DNA from: Curvularia clavata
Taxonomy: Eukaryota
NCBI GenBank assembly: GCA_023920165.1
Contig: CP089276.1
Location: forward strand, 2,418,001-2,482,000
Direction: 5' to 3'
DNA length: 64,000 nt
This document shows, in pieces, positions 11,825 through 23,082 of this stretch. The notes below the pieces were generated by a model. It had not been told where the DNA came from and did not search any database. It worked only from the letters and a program-made list of their open reading frames with translations. A program made the translations under genes and the position numbers. Position 1 is the first letter of the stretch; each line of letters starts with the position of its first letter.

Positions 11825-13058
11825 TCATGCCGCTGTGCTGTTCTGCTGCGCAGCCTGTCGGACGGGAGCAAAGTAGGGATGTGCCATTGCCTCCTGGGCA
11901 GTGAGTCGTTCCTTGGTGGTGAGTCAGTAAAAGAAAAAGTGAAAAAAAAGCGATGGAGTCAAAGCTTACCTGGTGATCATATCGGAGCAGCTTATCGAGG
12001 AAGTCAATGGCATCGTTGCTGACAAAGCGCTGGTTCTCGGCATTGATGAATGAATGCCAAGGTTTCTTGGGATACCGACTAAGTATATCGTCATATTGAG
12101 CATCCAGTTCAATGTCGTACTTGTCAAGGTAGTCGAAGAGGTCCTCTGTGCCGAGAACCTTTGCAATCTTGACGAGCTGGTCCGAGTTGCTGTTGCCGTG
12201 GAAGAAAGGTTCTCGCCTAAAGATCATGGAGGCAAACATGGCACCCAGGGACCACATGTCGAGGGAGTAGTCGTACTCCTGGAAGTCGACGAGCAGTTCG
12301 GGACCCTTGAAATAACGAGAGGCAACGCGGACATTGTATTCGGTTCCTGCGTGATAGAATTCGGCTAGACCCCAATCAATCAAACGCAACTAGGCTGGGT
12401 TAGCGGGGGGGACGTCTGGGCCAGTTTATTACAGCTTTGCCCACCTTTCGTTTCTCGTGGTCAATCATGACGTTGTGAGGCTTGACATCACGGTGCATGA
12501 TGCCCTTGCTGTGGCAGAAGTCGAGGGCCTTGAGCAGCTCGAAGATGTAGTATCGCACATCGTAGTCCTGGAACTTTGGGTAGAGGCTGCGGAAGTCGGT
12601 GTTGTTGACGTATTCGAAGATGAGCGAGGGAGTTTTGCTCTGGAAGGGGCATGTTAGCACAAGTCGGCAGGCAGACAGCAGTGCGCGAGACGCAGTACCC
12701 AGTCGCCCAGCCAGTCGGAGCCGTCACTAACCTGGTTATCGCGCACCACGTCGAGCAGCGAGACGATGTTGGGGCCGCCCGACAGATTTTGCAGGATCTT
12801 GATTTCGCGCTTTATCTTCTTCTTCTTAACGGGCTTGAGGACCTTGATGACGCACTTCTGGTAGTTGACGACGTTGATGCCCTCAAAGACCTCGGAGTAC
12901 TTTCCGCGGCCAATTTTGCGGACGACCTCGTAGTTTTCCAGCACGCCCCACGAGATGTTGACCGAGTCGTAGTCCCAGTAGGAGCGGGGCATGTTTGCGT
13001 TGACGTCTGCGTAGACGCGGGCGACGCTGGTGGCGCCGCTCGAGTTGTTGAGCGCCAT
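11825..13058 (-). CDS. CKA1: Casein kinase II catalytic subunit alpha, 4 exons
   Basis: [59 protein letters not shown]; spliced C-terminus [28 protein letters not shown]. Confidence 0.98.
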
Positions 13059-13624
13059 GGCGGGCGGGTGGATAGAGGGCTTGTCGTTGTGGTGGTGGTA
13101 GTAGTAGTGATGGTGGGCTGCTGAGGGCGAGGCCGAGGGGTCGCGTGGTGGGGGGGAGAAGCGGAGGCTGGCGGGACCACACAGCAGACGGGCGAGGCCA
13201 AGGGCGAGGCCAGCAACAGCAAGCACGGCGAGGGCTCGTGCTGCCTTTGTCCAGGGAGACAGACGCCCAACGAGGCAGAGACGACGGGCACGACGAGCCG
13301 GGAGTGGCTGGTGCGGCCGGGGCAGTGGCGGCGCAAGAGGACGGGTTGGGTGGTGCGGCTCGTCCGGGGCGGTGTCCAAGTCGTGGTGGTGTTGGTGTTC
13401 TGCGTCGTCGTGGGCTTGTGGGCGTTAGTCTTAGTCCGAGCTTGGCTAAGGTTTTCGATGCCCTGCCCGCCCTGCCCGCCATACTCGTCACGGGCGGGCA
13501 TACATGCATGCGACTTGACTTACCCAGATTCTTTTGCTGATTGTTCCGCCGCCTACGACGTCGCGTCTCTCCTCGTCGTCCACTCTCCGCTGCGCGCCCC
13601 GACGACGCCATTGCAATTGCGCAA

Positions 13625-14655
13625 ATGTTCCACGACTTGCACGTTCCGTGGACTGATGCGACCCGCGAACTGCAGCGCACTGTCGCTTTTCTCGATGAAT
13701 GTGAGCAGCCGTGTCCCTGTAGGCTGCTGCCAGAGCTGAACTGATGCAATGCAGTAGGATATGATGTAGTTGCCCTTACCCACACATACTCCGGGCGGCT
13801 GCCTGCCGATATAGTAGGTACCCGATTAGTCGCCTTCACCTTCACTGCGCCGCCCCGCTCACCATTGACCACCAGACCTCGCCGGTGCCCTCCAAACTAC
13901 CCTTCCCCGTCCCCAGTCGCATGCGCATACTGCGCCGCTGCAACATCTTCCTAACCGACGCTGCTTCCAACTTCCGCATCCCCCAACTGCAGCAGCACTA
14001 TGACCTCGTAGCCGCGCGACCCACCGACGAGCGAACCCTTCAGCAGGCATGCCAGAGCCTCGACGTAGACATCATCTCGCTCGACTTGACCCGTCGCTTC
14101 GAGTCACATTTCAAGTTTCCCATGCTGGGCACCGCCATATCCCGCGGAATCAAGATTGAGATTGGCTACAGCCAGGGCATCATGTCCAACGATCCCGCCG
14201 CAAAGCGCAACCTGATCTCCAACGCCGTCCAGCTCATACGTGTAACACGGGGGCGCGGCCTGATATTCAGCTCAGAGGCAACCAGTGCGCTAGGCATAAG
14301 AGCACCTGGCGATGTCATCAACCTAGCTTCCGTATGGGGTCTCGGGACAGAAAAGGGCAAGGACGGCCTCACAAAAGAGGCAAGAAGCGTCGTCGAGTTT
14401 GCGCGACTGAAGCGCCAGAGCTTCAAAGGCATAGTCGACATTATCCACGGCGGCGAGAAGCCAGTGCACGAGACCAAGGACAAGCAAGCACAAAAGGGCA
14501 AAGCAAACAAGAACCAGAACGGCAAGCGGCCAGGAGAGAACCTGGATTCTTCTCTCGGGCCCGACACAAAAGCTGAGAAGCCCGTCTCGAAGCGCCAGCA
14601 AGCCAAGAATAAAAAGGCAAAGGTGCAGGGAGCTGGACAAGAGCAGTCCGCGTAG
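13625..14655 (+). CDS. RPP1: RNase P/MRP subunit p30 (Rpp1/RPP30), 3 exons
   Basis: Spliced N-terminus MFHDLHVPW...ELGYDVVALTH, YDLVAARP, DIISLDL, RGIKIEIGYS, GRGLIFSSEA...IRAPGDVINL and a Lys-rich tail; divergent from CK2 alpha. Confidence 0.9.
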
Positions 14656-14915
14656 AAGAGACAAGCTAGAGGCGCAATATACCCAGTAGATGCGGCGAAA
14701 AGCGCTCGCCGTAAAAGCAGATTTTCTCATGTCATTGAAATCCATTCTCATCAAACAATAATTGTAGAGACGAGCACTCAATGCTCAACTACCCCTACTG
14801 CTAACCAAAAGCTGAGTACCATAGATCCCACGTATCGGACAACAAACGAGAAATCTTCCTTGAAAAAAAAATAAACACTTATTAAAACTTCTACTACATG
14901 TCATTCATTCTACTA

Positions 14916-17382
14916 CTACCACCCAGTGCCCCCTTGCGTCGGCTTGGCCAGCCGCCGCCCCAAGTTAACAGTGACCCGACTCTGCAGGCTGACCGTGTTG
15001 ATATTGAACGGCAATCCCGTTGCCTGAGGTTCATTTCCGCCCACCGGTGTCGGTTGCGGTGGCGTATCAGCTGCAATCTGGCTCTGAGCTGCTAAGGGTG
15101 TAGCCGTCGAGGAAGCCGTAGCTGACGAGCTTGAGCTAGCGGCTTGAGCAGACGACGACGATAATGATGATGATGCTGATGCTGATGCCGACGAAGAAGA
15201 CAAAGAAGAAGAAGAGACGGCGGCTGAAGACGCGGAAGCAGATGCGCTACTACTTGAGCTCGAAGCCGCAGATGCGCTGCTTGCACTGACGGCCACAGAC
15301 GAGGCGACTACGGTTTGCATTGTGCTCGAGCTCGCGATGGCGGCTGGCGCACTGCTCATAGAGCCTAGCTGGAAGGCGGGAGCGGCTGGAGCTGCCATGG
15401 GGAATGTACCAGCAGGACACAAGCAGGAGCATTTGCAGCCACCGTTTGCAGCGGCTTGGTCGGCTGCTTGAGCAGAGCCAGCGTTGCCTGCACCTGCTAC
15501 GACAGTGACTGCAGGCGGGAGAGCGGTGGAATTGCCGTTTCCTCCCATGCCGCCCATGTTCATTGAGCCCTTGGTGGAAGAAGCTGAGGTTGTAGCAGCA
15601 TCGGCAGCGGCACCGCCGCCTCCTGCAACGACGGTGACTGCGGGCGAGGGAGCGGTGGAATTACCATTTCCCCCCATACCGCCCATGTTCATTGAGCCTT
15701 TGGTGGAAGAAGCTGAAGTTGTAGCAGCATCGGCAGCGGCACCACCGCCTCCTGCAACGACAGTGACGGGAGCGGGCGCGGACGCTGTACCGTTGTTTAC
15801 AGCAGCCGCTCCACCTCCCATCATACCGCCTTTTGATACGGTACTGTTTCCCGCCTCTGCGACAACTGTGACTGCTGGTGGTGGAGCACCACCGCTTGAG
15901 CTCATAGTACTGTTTCCTCCGGCCTGGACTGCGATCGGCTTTCCCACGGCCGTCGTGGTCGTTGCAGCAAGTCCGCCCGGTGTCAAAGTTGCAGAGTTGA
16001 TCGACTTGGTACTGGTAGTTGTTGAGTTGGAAGCAGCTTTGGCACCACCTCCTGAGCCACCGTCAGCGACTACAGTCACGGCTGGAGCAGTCCCATTGCT
16101 CGCCATTGAACCTGGTGAGGCTTTTTCTGCTGCTGCAGCCTAGTCACCGTTGTTAGCAAGCACTCGACTTGGAAAATCTGTCTTTGTCACTTACTATAGT
16201 GCTTGTACTTTTACCAGAAGTCTCGGCCGGCTTAGCAGCTTCCTTCGCTGAGCTTGTTCCGTTTTTCAATGCTTCAGGCATTCCAGTCGCTTTTGCAGGA
16301 GGGTTGGTCCAAGGAATAGGGGTTACTGCAGGCAAAGCAGACTTGCCTGGCGGAAACACGGTCTTGACTGGCTTCGAAGAGACCGATGGTGTTGAAGATG
16401 CTTCTTTGCCGACCGCGCCTGCTTCGGGTTCTGTTGATTTAGGTGCTGGACCTGAAGATGCAGTTGCGTTCAGATTCCCAGCTTGACCTTGTGGTGGCAT
16501 CGGAGGAGGCGGTGGTAGTTGACCCGATTGCATTGGAGGAGGTGGCGGTGGTGGTAGTTGGCCTACTGGTGGTGGCGGTGGTGGTGTTAGTTGACCTGAT
16601 GGCACTGGAGGAGGTGGTGGTAGTTGGCCTGCTGGGGGCGGTGGAGGTGGCGGCAGTTGAGCTGATGGCACTGGAGGTGGTGGTGGCAGTTGAGCTGTCG
16701 ATGGTTGCTGGCCCGCTTGTGGTGGCCCTTGTTCACCAGATGCCAACAGATTCGCAAGGTCTCCAGCCGGATCTTGGACACCAGTGTCGCTGGAACCACT
16801 CTTTGGCGCAGCCTGGTTTGCAAGCGCACCTGCGATGTCGTTTGGTTTGATGTCGCCTCCTGTGGCTTGACCACTGCTCGGTACTGTTCCTCCTGCAGCA
16901 CCCTGTCCTTGCTTCTGGGGTACACTCTGGTTTGCTGATCCACCCTGCTTCTGGCCTTCCAACCCTTTGATGATATCGTCAACACTGCCAGTACTTCCAC
17001 CAGCAATGATATTAGCAAGATCCCCACCGACATCGTTGGTACCAGTGCGCCCGTTGCTGCTACCTTGGCCCTGACCTTGCGCGATGCCGTTCAGTAAAGC
17101 GTTCGCGTCGAGACCGCTCTGCGCAGATCTGGCGACGATGTTGGCGTTGTCCAGAGCACTGGCCTGTTCAACAATGTTCTCTCCAGACCGGTCCGCTCCA
17201 GCGACGAGGTCCTCGATTCGCCTACCGGCGACATTGGTTCGTACATGAGTGTTGTGAAGATCAAATGCTGCATGAGTGAGAGGCTTTGTGCACTTAGCAT
17301 CAGCAACGTTGAATCTCTGGGCCGTACATACTGCGCTGATTAGCAGCAAGGCTGACGCCAGGGACAGTCCGGTCCTTTTCAT
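14916..17382 (-). CDS. Secreted low-complexity repeat protein (about 790 aa; polyPro, Gly/Ala/Ser-rich, CKCSCLCP motif)
   Basis: Signal peptide MKRTGLSLASALLLISA; intron 16140-16194 (gtaagt...ctaac...tag) joins two long ORFs in frame; probable intron 17284-17331. Confidence 0.8.
15500..15775. repeat. Intragenic tandem duplication, period 129 bp (43 aa), about 2 copies
   Basis: gagcggtggaatt... at 15521 and 15650; the copies differ mostly at third codon positions of the minus-strand ORF. Confidence 0.9.
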
Positions 17383-18479
17383 GGCTAACGTTTAGTGAAT
17401 TCGTGACGGTGATACGCTCAAATGTCGTTACAAGTGTATAATCATTAACCAAAACATCAACAGCCCGGCTGGAGGAGAATCGAAGAGTATGTCCCAGACA
17501 TGCAGACTCGCTCAGGAGCTGCACAGCAGACCGACCGAGGAGTTAAGAACAGAACCAGACAAACGGAAACGTGGAGACACACAACAGAAACAGCGTGTGT
17601 GAGTCGCAAACGGGCACAAGCTTCCGGCGAGTGTGAGGAGCGTGCCCAAACCTTTCAAAAGGCAAAAACTGAGGTTGAAATCATGCTACTTAACAGTCCC
17701 GACAGAGCTATCCACTTATCTTGTTTCTAGACGCAGTACCGGGTTTCGAGCGTTTGCAGTTGCCCATACAGTGACTGACTACGTCTCAAGGTTCGGGAAC
17801 GGGTACGTCCTCGTAATGGGAGGACTGGCGCCCCGGCACTGGTGCCGCCCACGGCAGTATCGAACAACCTTGCACGATAGGGCTTGACGCAGGAATGGAC
17901 GGTTCACGATAGATGATCGACAGGGCCTCGAGCAACGGTTGTGGTGGTGGCCAAGCTTCACGTTGGTCTGGCCAGCCGCTGTGGTGGTGATGTCTGACGC
18001 ACTCCGTGCCTGAGACGCCATGTCCTCACACACGCCTGGTTTCAGTCGCGCTGATATACACGACCTTTTCATCCCGCTTATGCAAGCCATGGAGCCAATC
18101 TTCCGAAGCCGACTTATTCTCGCCTTGTCAAGTCCTGCGCCTCGTGCCCTATGTGGTCTCGCGCACACGCAAGGCGCGGCCATGGAAGCTGACGTTGTGT
18201 CGTGTTTTTGCGGAGGATGCGCACCGGGCTGGTGATCGCGGGAGAGAGTCGTGGCCGGCAATCGTGGCTTGGCCTCGATGGCATGCGTCATAAGCTGCTG
18301 CCGGACCGACCTTCTGGAGCGCAAGCAGTACATTCTGCGCTCAAATGTCGCCGCTGCAGCATATGTCGCCGTAAGCAACGAGTGCGAGACCACATGGTTA
18401 TGCAATATATGTAGAGGGACGCCTGCTCTTCTCCTCAGGAGCGTGTCTGTACAGAAGTTGTTCCCTTACTGCAGCAGCC

Positions 18480-19590
18480 ATGGCAGCCGTTCACGTGCTC
18501 GACAACTACTATCTCGCCATTACTTTCCTCATCACAGTCGCATACCAGCTGTTCTTCTTCTCCATCGCCTTTTCGCTCAAATTCGACAAGCTCACCGATT
18601 TCGCTGGCGGCACCAACTTTATCCTCCTCGCGATCCTCACCCTCTCCTTCAGCGAAAACAGGGGCGATGCACGCAATATCGTAGTCTCGCTATTCATCAT
18701 ACTATGGGCAGCAAGACTCAGTGGCTTCTTACTCTTCCGCATCTTGAAAACGGGCAAAGATGACCGTTTTGACGACAAGCGCGACAAGTTTTGGTCGTTT
18801 CTTGGTTTCTGGGTGTTGTGAGTAGATCCCTGTCATTTCTATCAAGAATGCATTTCTGACAAAAAGTAGCCAAATGTTCTGGGTCTGGACCGTTTCCTTG
18901 CCAGTAACGTTGTTGAATTCGCCAAACGTCACAAAGTTCAACCAGCCCAGCTTTGGGACTGGTTGCGATATCGCGGGCGTGATCCTTTGGAGCATTGGCT
19001 TCATCATGGAGAGCGTGTCGGATGCCCAAAAGTACCGATTCCGGACTGTGCATGGCAGTGATGGCGCAATCTGCGACGTTGGATTCTTTGCATGGACCAG
19101 ACACCCGAATTATTTTGGAGAAATCATTATCCAGTTCGGTGGGTTCTCACAGCAGATGTATTGTTTCGGCAGAGGCTAATCGTGTCAAGGTATCTTCACT
19201 ATTGCTGTATCGCCCGCAGCATACAACTACGTCTCGGGAGGGGCATACAAAGCTCTCTATGCATCGATTCTCGGTCCCTTCTTCCTGACCATACTTCTCA
19301 TGTTTGTGTCAGGTCTGACACTGCAAGAGCGTCCAGCTGCTAAGAAGAGGTACGAGAAAGGCAGTCATTGGCCGGAGTACGAAAGATACCTCCAACGCAC
19401 CAGCATCCTCATTCCTTTCCCACCAGCACTGTACGCAAGAATGCCGGTGTTCTTGAAGCGAACAATTTTTCTGGAATTCCCCATCTACGTATTCGATCCT
19501 GCGAAGCATGCGGACCAGGGCAAGATGCAAGCTAGGTCTGCAGAGGAGGGCCAGAGTAGGCACAGCGAGGAACAAACCCTCACATCTTAG
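18480..19590 (+). CDS. DUF1295 family membrane protein (steroid 5-alpha-reductase-like C-terminal domain), 3 exons
   Basis: FDKLTDFAGGTNF, GKDDRFD, ESVSDAQKYRF, WTRHPNYFGEI, YLQRTSILIP. Confidence 0.9.
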
Positions 19591-20667
19591 GCTGTATAGT
19601 GCCCAACACGTTTGTTGCATCTTACGATACCCCATTTGCTTGTTTCTCATGAGTTTTATCTAAATCCTATACCTTTGTATCGCATTATAAAAGCTTAATA
19701 AGAATTACACATCAGTTTCTAAACGACCTCTGCGCCAAGTCGAGACATGATCGTGAAGATGGCACATCCGCACACTCAAAACATACGACCATGACAGGTG
19801 TGTTTGAAACAGGTATGTGGAGAGAGCACAAGTTCTAGGAGGATGCGACGCCACGATGTTACACGCGTTGTATGGCTGATGGGTCTGTACCTATACGTTC
19901 CAAGTCAACGGGCTTATGGCTATTCCTAGATAACATACACACCACTTGCGTCCTGAAAGATCCACCGGCCCGCAATACTGAAGCTAGCATTGGTGTCCCT
20001 CTCACGTGATATCACTCTTCGTTCCTGCATGGTTGATCACATCAGAGTGCCTGCGTCAGGATCGCCGACCACATCAGCATTGGCGAAACGTCAGCGGGCC
20101 TCGTGCTTTGCAAATTTGACCAAACTCTGCAGCCAAATCTGCACATCAGCCACTATCTTTTTCCGGAATGTCGCGTAAGGGTTCAGCCATCAGTGGGATG
20201 TAGCCCGCTTAGTCACATGGTGGGCGAATCAATTCACTCCGACTTATCGCGCGGGCGATCACATATCACCTCACGCCATCGCATAAACCGCATACACGGT
20301 ACAATGAGAGCACTCTATCCGCACGCAACCCATACTTCGTTCTCGCGACTTTGCTTGGCGTAGCAAACTTGGTCGAACGACTTGCAGCCGTAGACACGCC
20401 GACGCCTGTTTTCCATGCCCAAGCCTATTACATCCCGCGCCGCCAATGGGTTGGAGTGTCTTGGGACGAGATTGCGTCATTGCGTCACTTGAAGGTTGCC
20501 TCGTTTGCAGGACCGGGAGGAATCACTATAAGGGCATTTTGCTCGCGTTTAACCTGGTCGTTTACATACTCCATTTACTTCATAACTCTGACACCAGCTC
20601 GTTGCGACTTCGAACACATATATTCTGAACCCCAGACAAGCTCAAGCCAGCAACAAAAGACAAAAAT

Positions 20668-21203
20668 ATGACTAGCACACCAATTCATTCCACCGGACGT
20701 GGAGGTTAGATGCACTCTCCCAGAAAGCACATTTCACATCTTCCAAGCGTAGAAGTTGACTGTCGACGCAGGCGCGGGCAACATTGGCCATGACGACACT
20801 GTTTACACCGATGGAGGCCTTGTCCGCGAGGGTGTTCAGGGCGAATCCAACGAACCTGAATTCTCAACTGGCCGTGGTGGAGCAGGCAACATTGGCAGGT
20901 CGCCTCGTGTTGGACCGCAGTCTGATGAAGGTCGCCCTGTCGACATGGTGCCTGAGATCAACCAGCGCAATCCGCAAGAGGAATTTCACACTGGAGTACG
21001 CATGCCCACGACATATCGCCAAAGAGTAACGCTGACAAATATAGCGAGGTGGTGCCGGCAACGTTTACAAGGAAAAGCACGGCGGTCACTCTCAGTCTCC
21101 AGACCGCCAGGGCTTCGGCGACAAGCTCAAGCATGCGCTCCATCTCGACAAGAAGAAGGAGCATGAGCACTCTCCTTTGGCGCATAATGAGACCGCTAAC
21201 TAG
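20668..21203 (+). CDS. Small GRGGAGN-repeat protein (DUF3602 / Par32-like), 3 exons
   Basis: Spliced product MTSTPIHSTGRGGAGNIG...FSTGRGGAGNIG...HTGRGGAGNVY... has three copies of the motif. Confidence 0.8.
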
Positions 21204-21586
21204 ATGTGATACCCCGGGTCGTGCGACCCTCGCAGAGGATAGGTAGTGTAGTAAGCGTTTTGGGCGTCTATGATACCTCAGCCGTTGTCTCGGTGTATGA
21301 GCCGGCCGTTTCTTTTCTCAAGTAAATCCCGTAGAGCTAATTTAACCAATCCGCTCCTTTGCATACGCTCGAAGAACACATGGCCCTGACTGTGACGGAG
21401 CCTCGCACCGAGGGGCCTGACTCGAATAGTGGGGTTGACGACCAACAGCCCGGACCACGTGGGGTAGCTTTCGCGGTCGCCCAACGCGTCATTTGGGCTT
21501 TGGGGGCGTCAGTAAAAAAATCCCACCAAACTTGGATTGCGGTTTGAGGAGAGAAATTTCCTTTACATACCATCAAGTCCCTGAAA

Positions 21587-22436
21587 ATGAGTTCCCACGA
21601 GCAAGATCCCGAGGCCCTTGTGCACTCTGAAGACCCAAACCACCCGGCAAACCACATTTGCACGCTCTGCGCAAAGTTCTACAACTTGGGCTGGGTACGA
21701 GGAAACTCCCCCTCCCTCGCCAATTGGGGATGGCAGGCGAAGAGATGTCGTTTGAGTGAGTGCTAACATGGGCATTGCGCCAGGTGACAGGCACAGGTGG
21801 AGGAACGAGCATTCGCCATGAGGACAAGATATACATTGCGCCGAGTGGGGTGCAGAAGGAGCTCATGAAGCCTACTGATATGTTTGTTATGGATTTCAAC
21901 AGCAAAGAATACCTGAGGAAGCCACAGGTATGAATTACAGAGCCGCCCTGTTTCTACAACAGTGCAGTGTAGCCGACTTCTCATTCCAGGTCCTCAAGCC
22001 CTCGGCTTGCACCCCACTCTTCATGGCAGCTTTCGAACGCGGCGCCGGGTGCTGCATCCACACGCATTCGCAATGGGCCGTACTCGTAACCCTCCTTGTC
22101 GAGCGCGACTTCGGCAAGGACGGCTGCTTCGAGATTGAAGAGATTGAGCAGATCAAGGGCATACCAAAGGGACGGGGGAAGCAAGGAAACCTTGGCTACT
22201 ACGACCGTCTACGCATCCCCATTATCGAGAATACGGCGCACGAAGAGGACTTGCGCGAGAGCTTGGAAGAGGCCATGGAGAAGTACCCAGACTCGTATGC
22301 TATTCTGGTTAGGAGACATGGCATTTATGTCTGGGGCGACAATGTGCACAAGGCTAAGACGCAATGTGAGAGTATCGACTACATCTTGCAGCTGGCAGTG
22401 GAGATGCACAAGTTAGGGCTGCCGTGGACAAAGTAG
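21587..22436 (+). CDS. MDE1: Methylthioribulose-1-phosphate dehydratase (methionine salvage), 3 exons
   Basis: [55 protein letters not shown]. Confidence 0.95.
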
Positions 22437-23082
22437 AGAGAGATGGTGTTGTTTTGGGGCTTCTGGACGTTTGACAGCGAGGATAGTACGAAACCTGGCT
22501 CGTGGGGACGGGAGAAGTTTCCATGTGTCGTCTTGGACTGGTTTAGGCGTCTCACATCGAAAGCTTCTTATTCTTCTTCTCAAATCCCAGACTCTGCAAC
22601 ACTCCTTCTAGTATTGACTTGCTTGTTGCCAAACGGTGACTGGTCACGATACCATGCTTTACCCAGCGGTTGTATAGACATGTGAAGGAACGGTCCGCAG
22701 GCTGGAGTGGTTGGGGGCGAGGACTAGCAGGGATCCAAGTGCGGGACAGCAGCCGCGGACGTCCGCCCACGCGCGACTGGCTCCCCAGCTACCATCTGTC
22801 CATTAACTGTTGGCGCTATCTGGCCTCGCATCGTAATCCTTCCATTGTTGTACATACTACACTATTTCCGCTGTCGCTCAGACTGTTGCCTGGACCTCGA
22901 CTCTGGACGCCGCGTTTCCATCATACCCTACGCCATCACGGCGCATCTACCTGCCCTGCGTTTCAGATCCGTCAGCGTCATCGGGGGCTAGGCTGTGAAT
23001 TGTGCGAACAGCCAGTTGTTCTTCAACATTCGCGCCTCCGCTCCACATCCACACACGCGTTTTACCGTCGCCTCTATGCACA

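Noticed and set aside
10945..13064. Adjacent VAS1 and CK2 alpha starts share ccc(a/g)ccATGGCGCTCAA (MALN...)
   Set aside because: Short match largely explained by the Kozak consensus; no further homology.
12812..13872. 229-aa and 329-aa overlapping minus-strand ORFs in the other frames over the CK2 5' end
   Set aside because: Low-complexity translations of GC-rich sequence; their ATGs probably lie upstream of the TSS or within RPP1.
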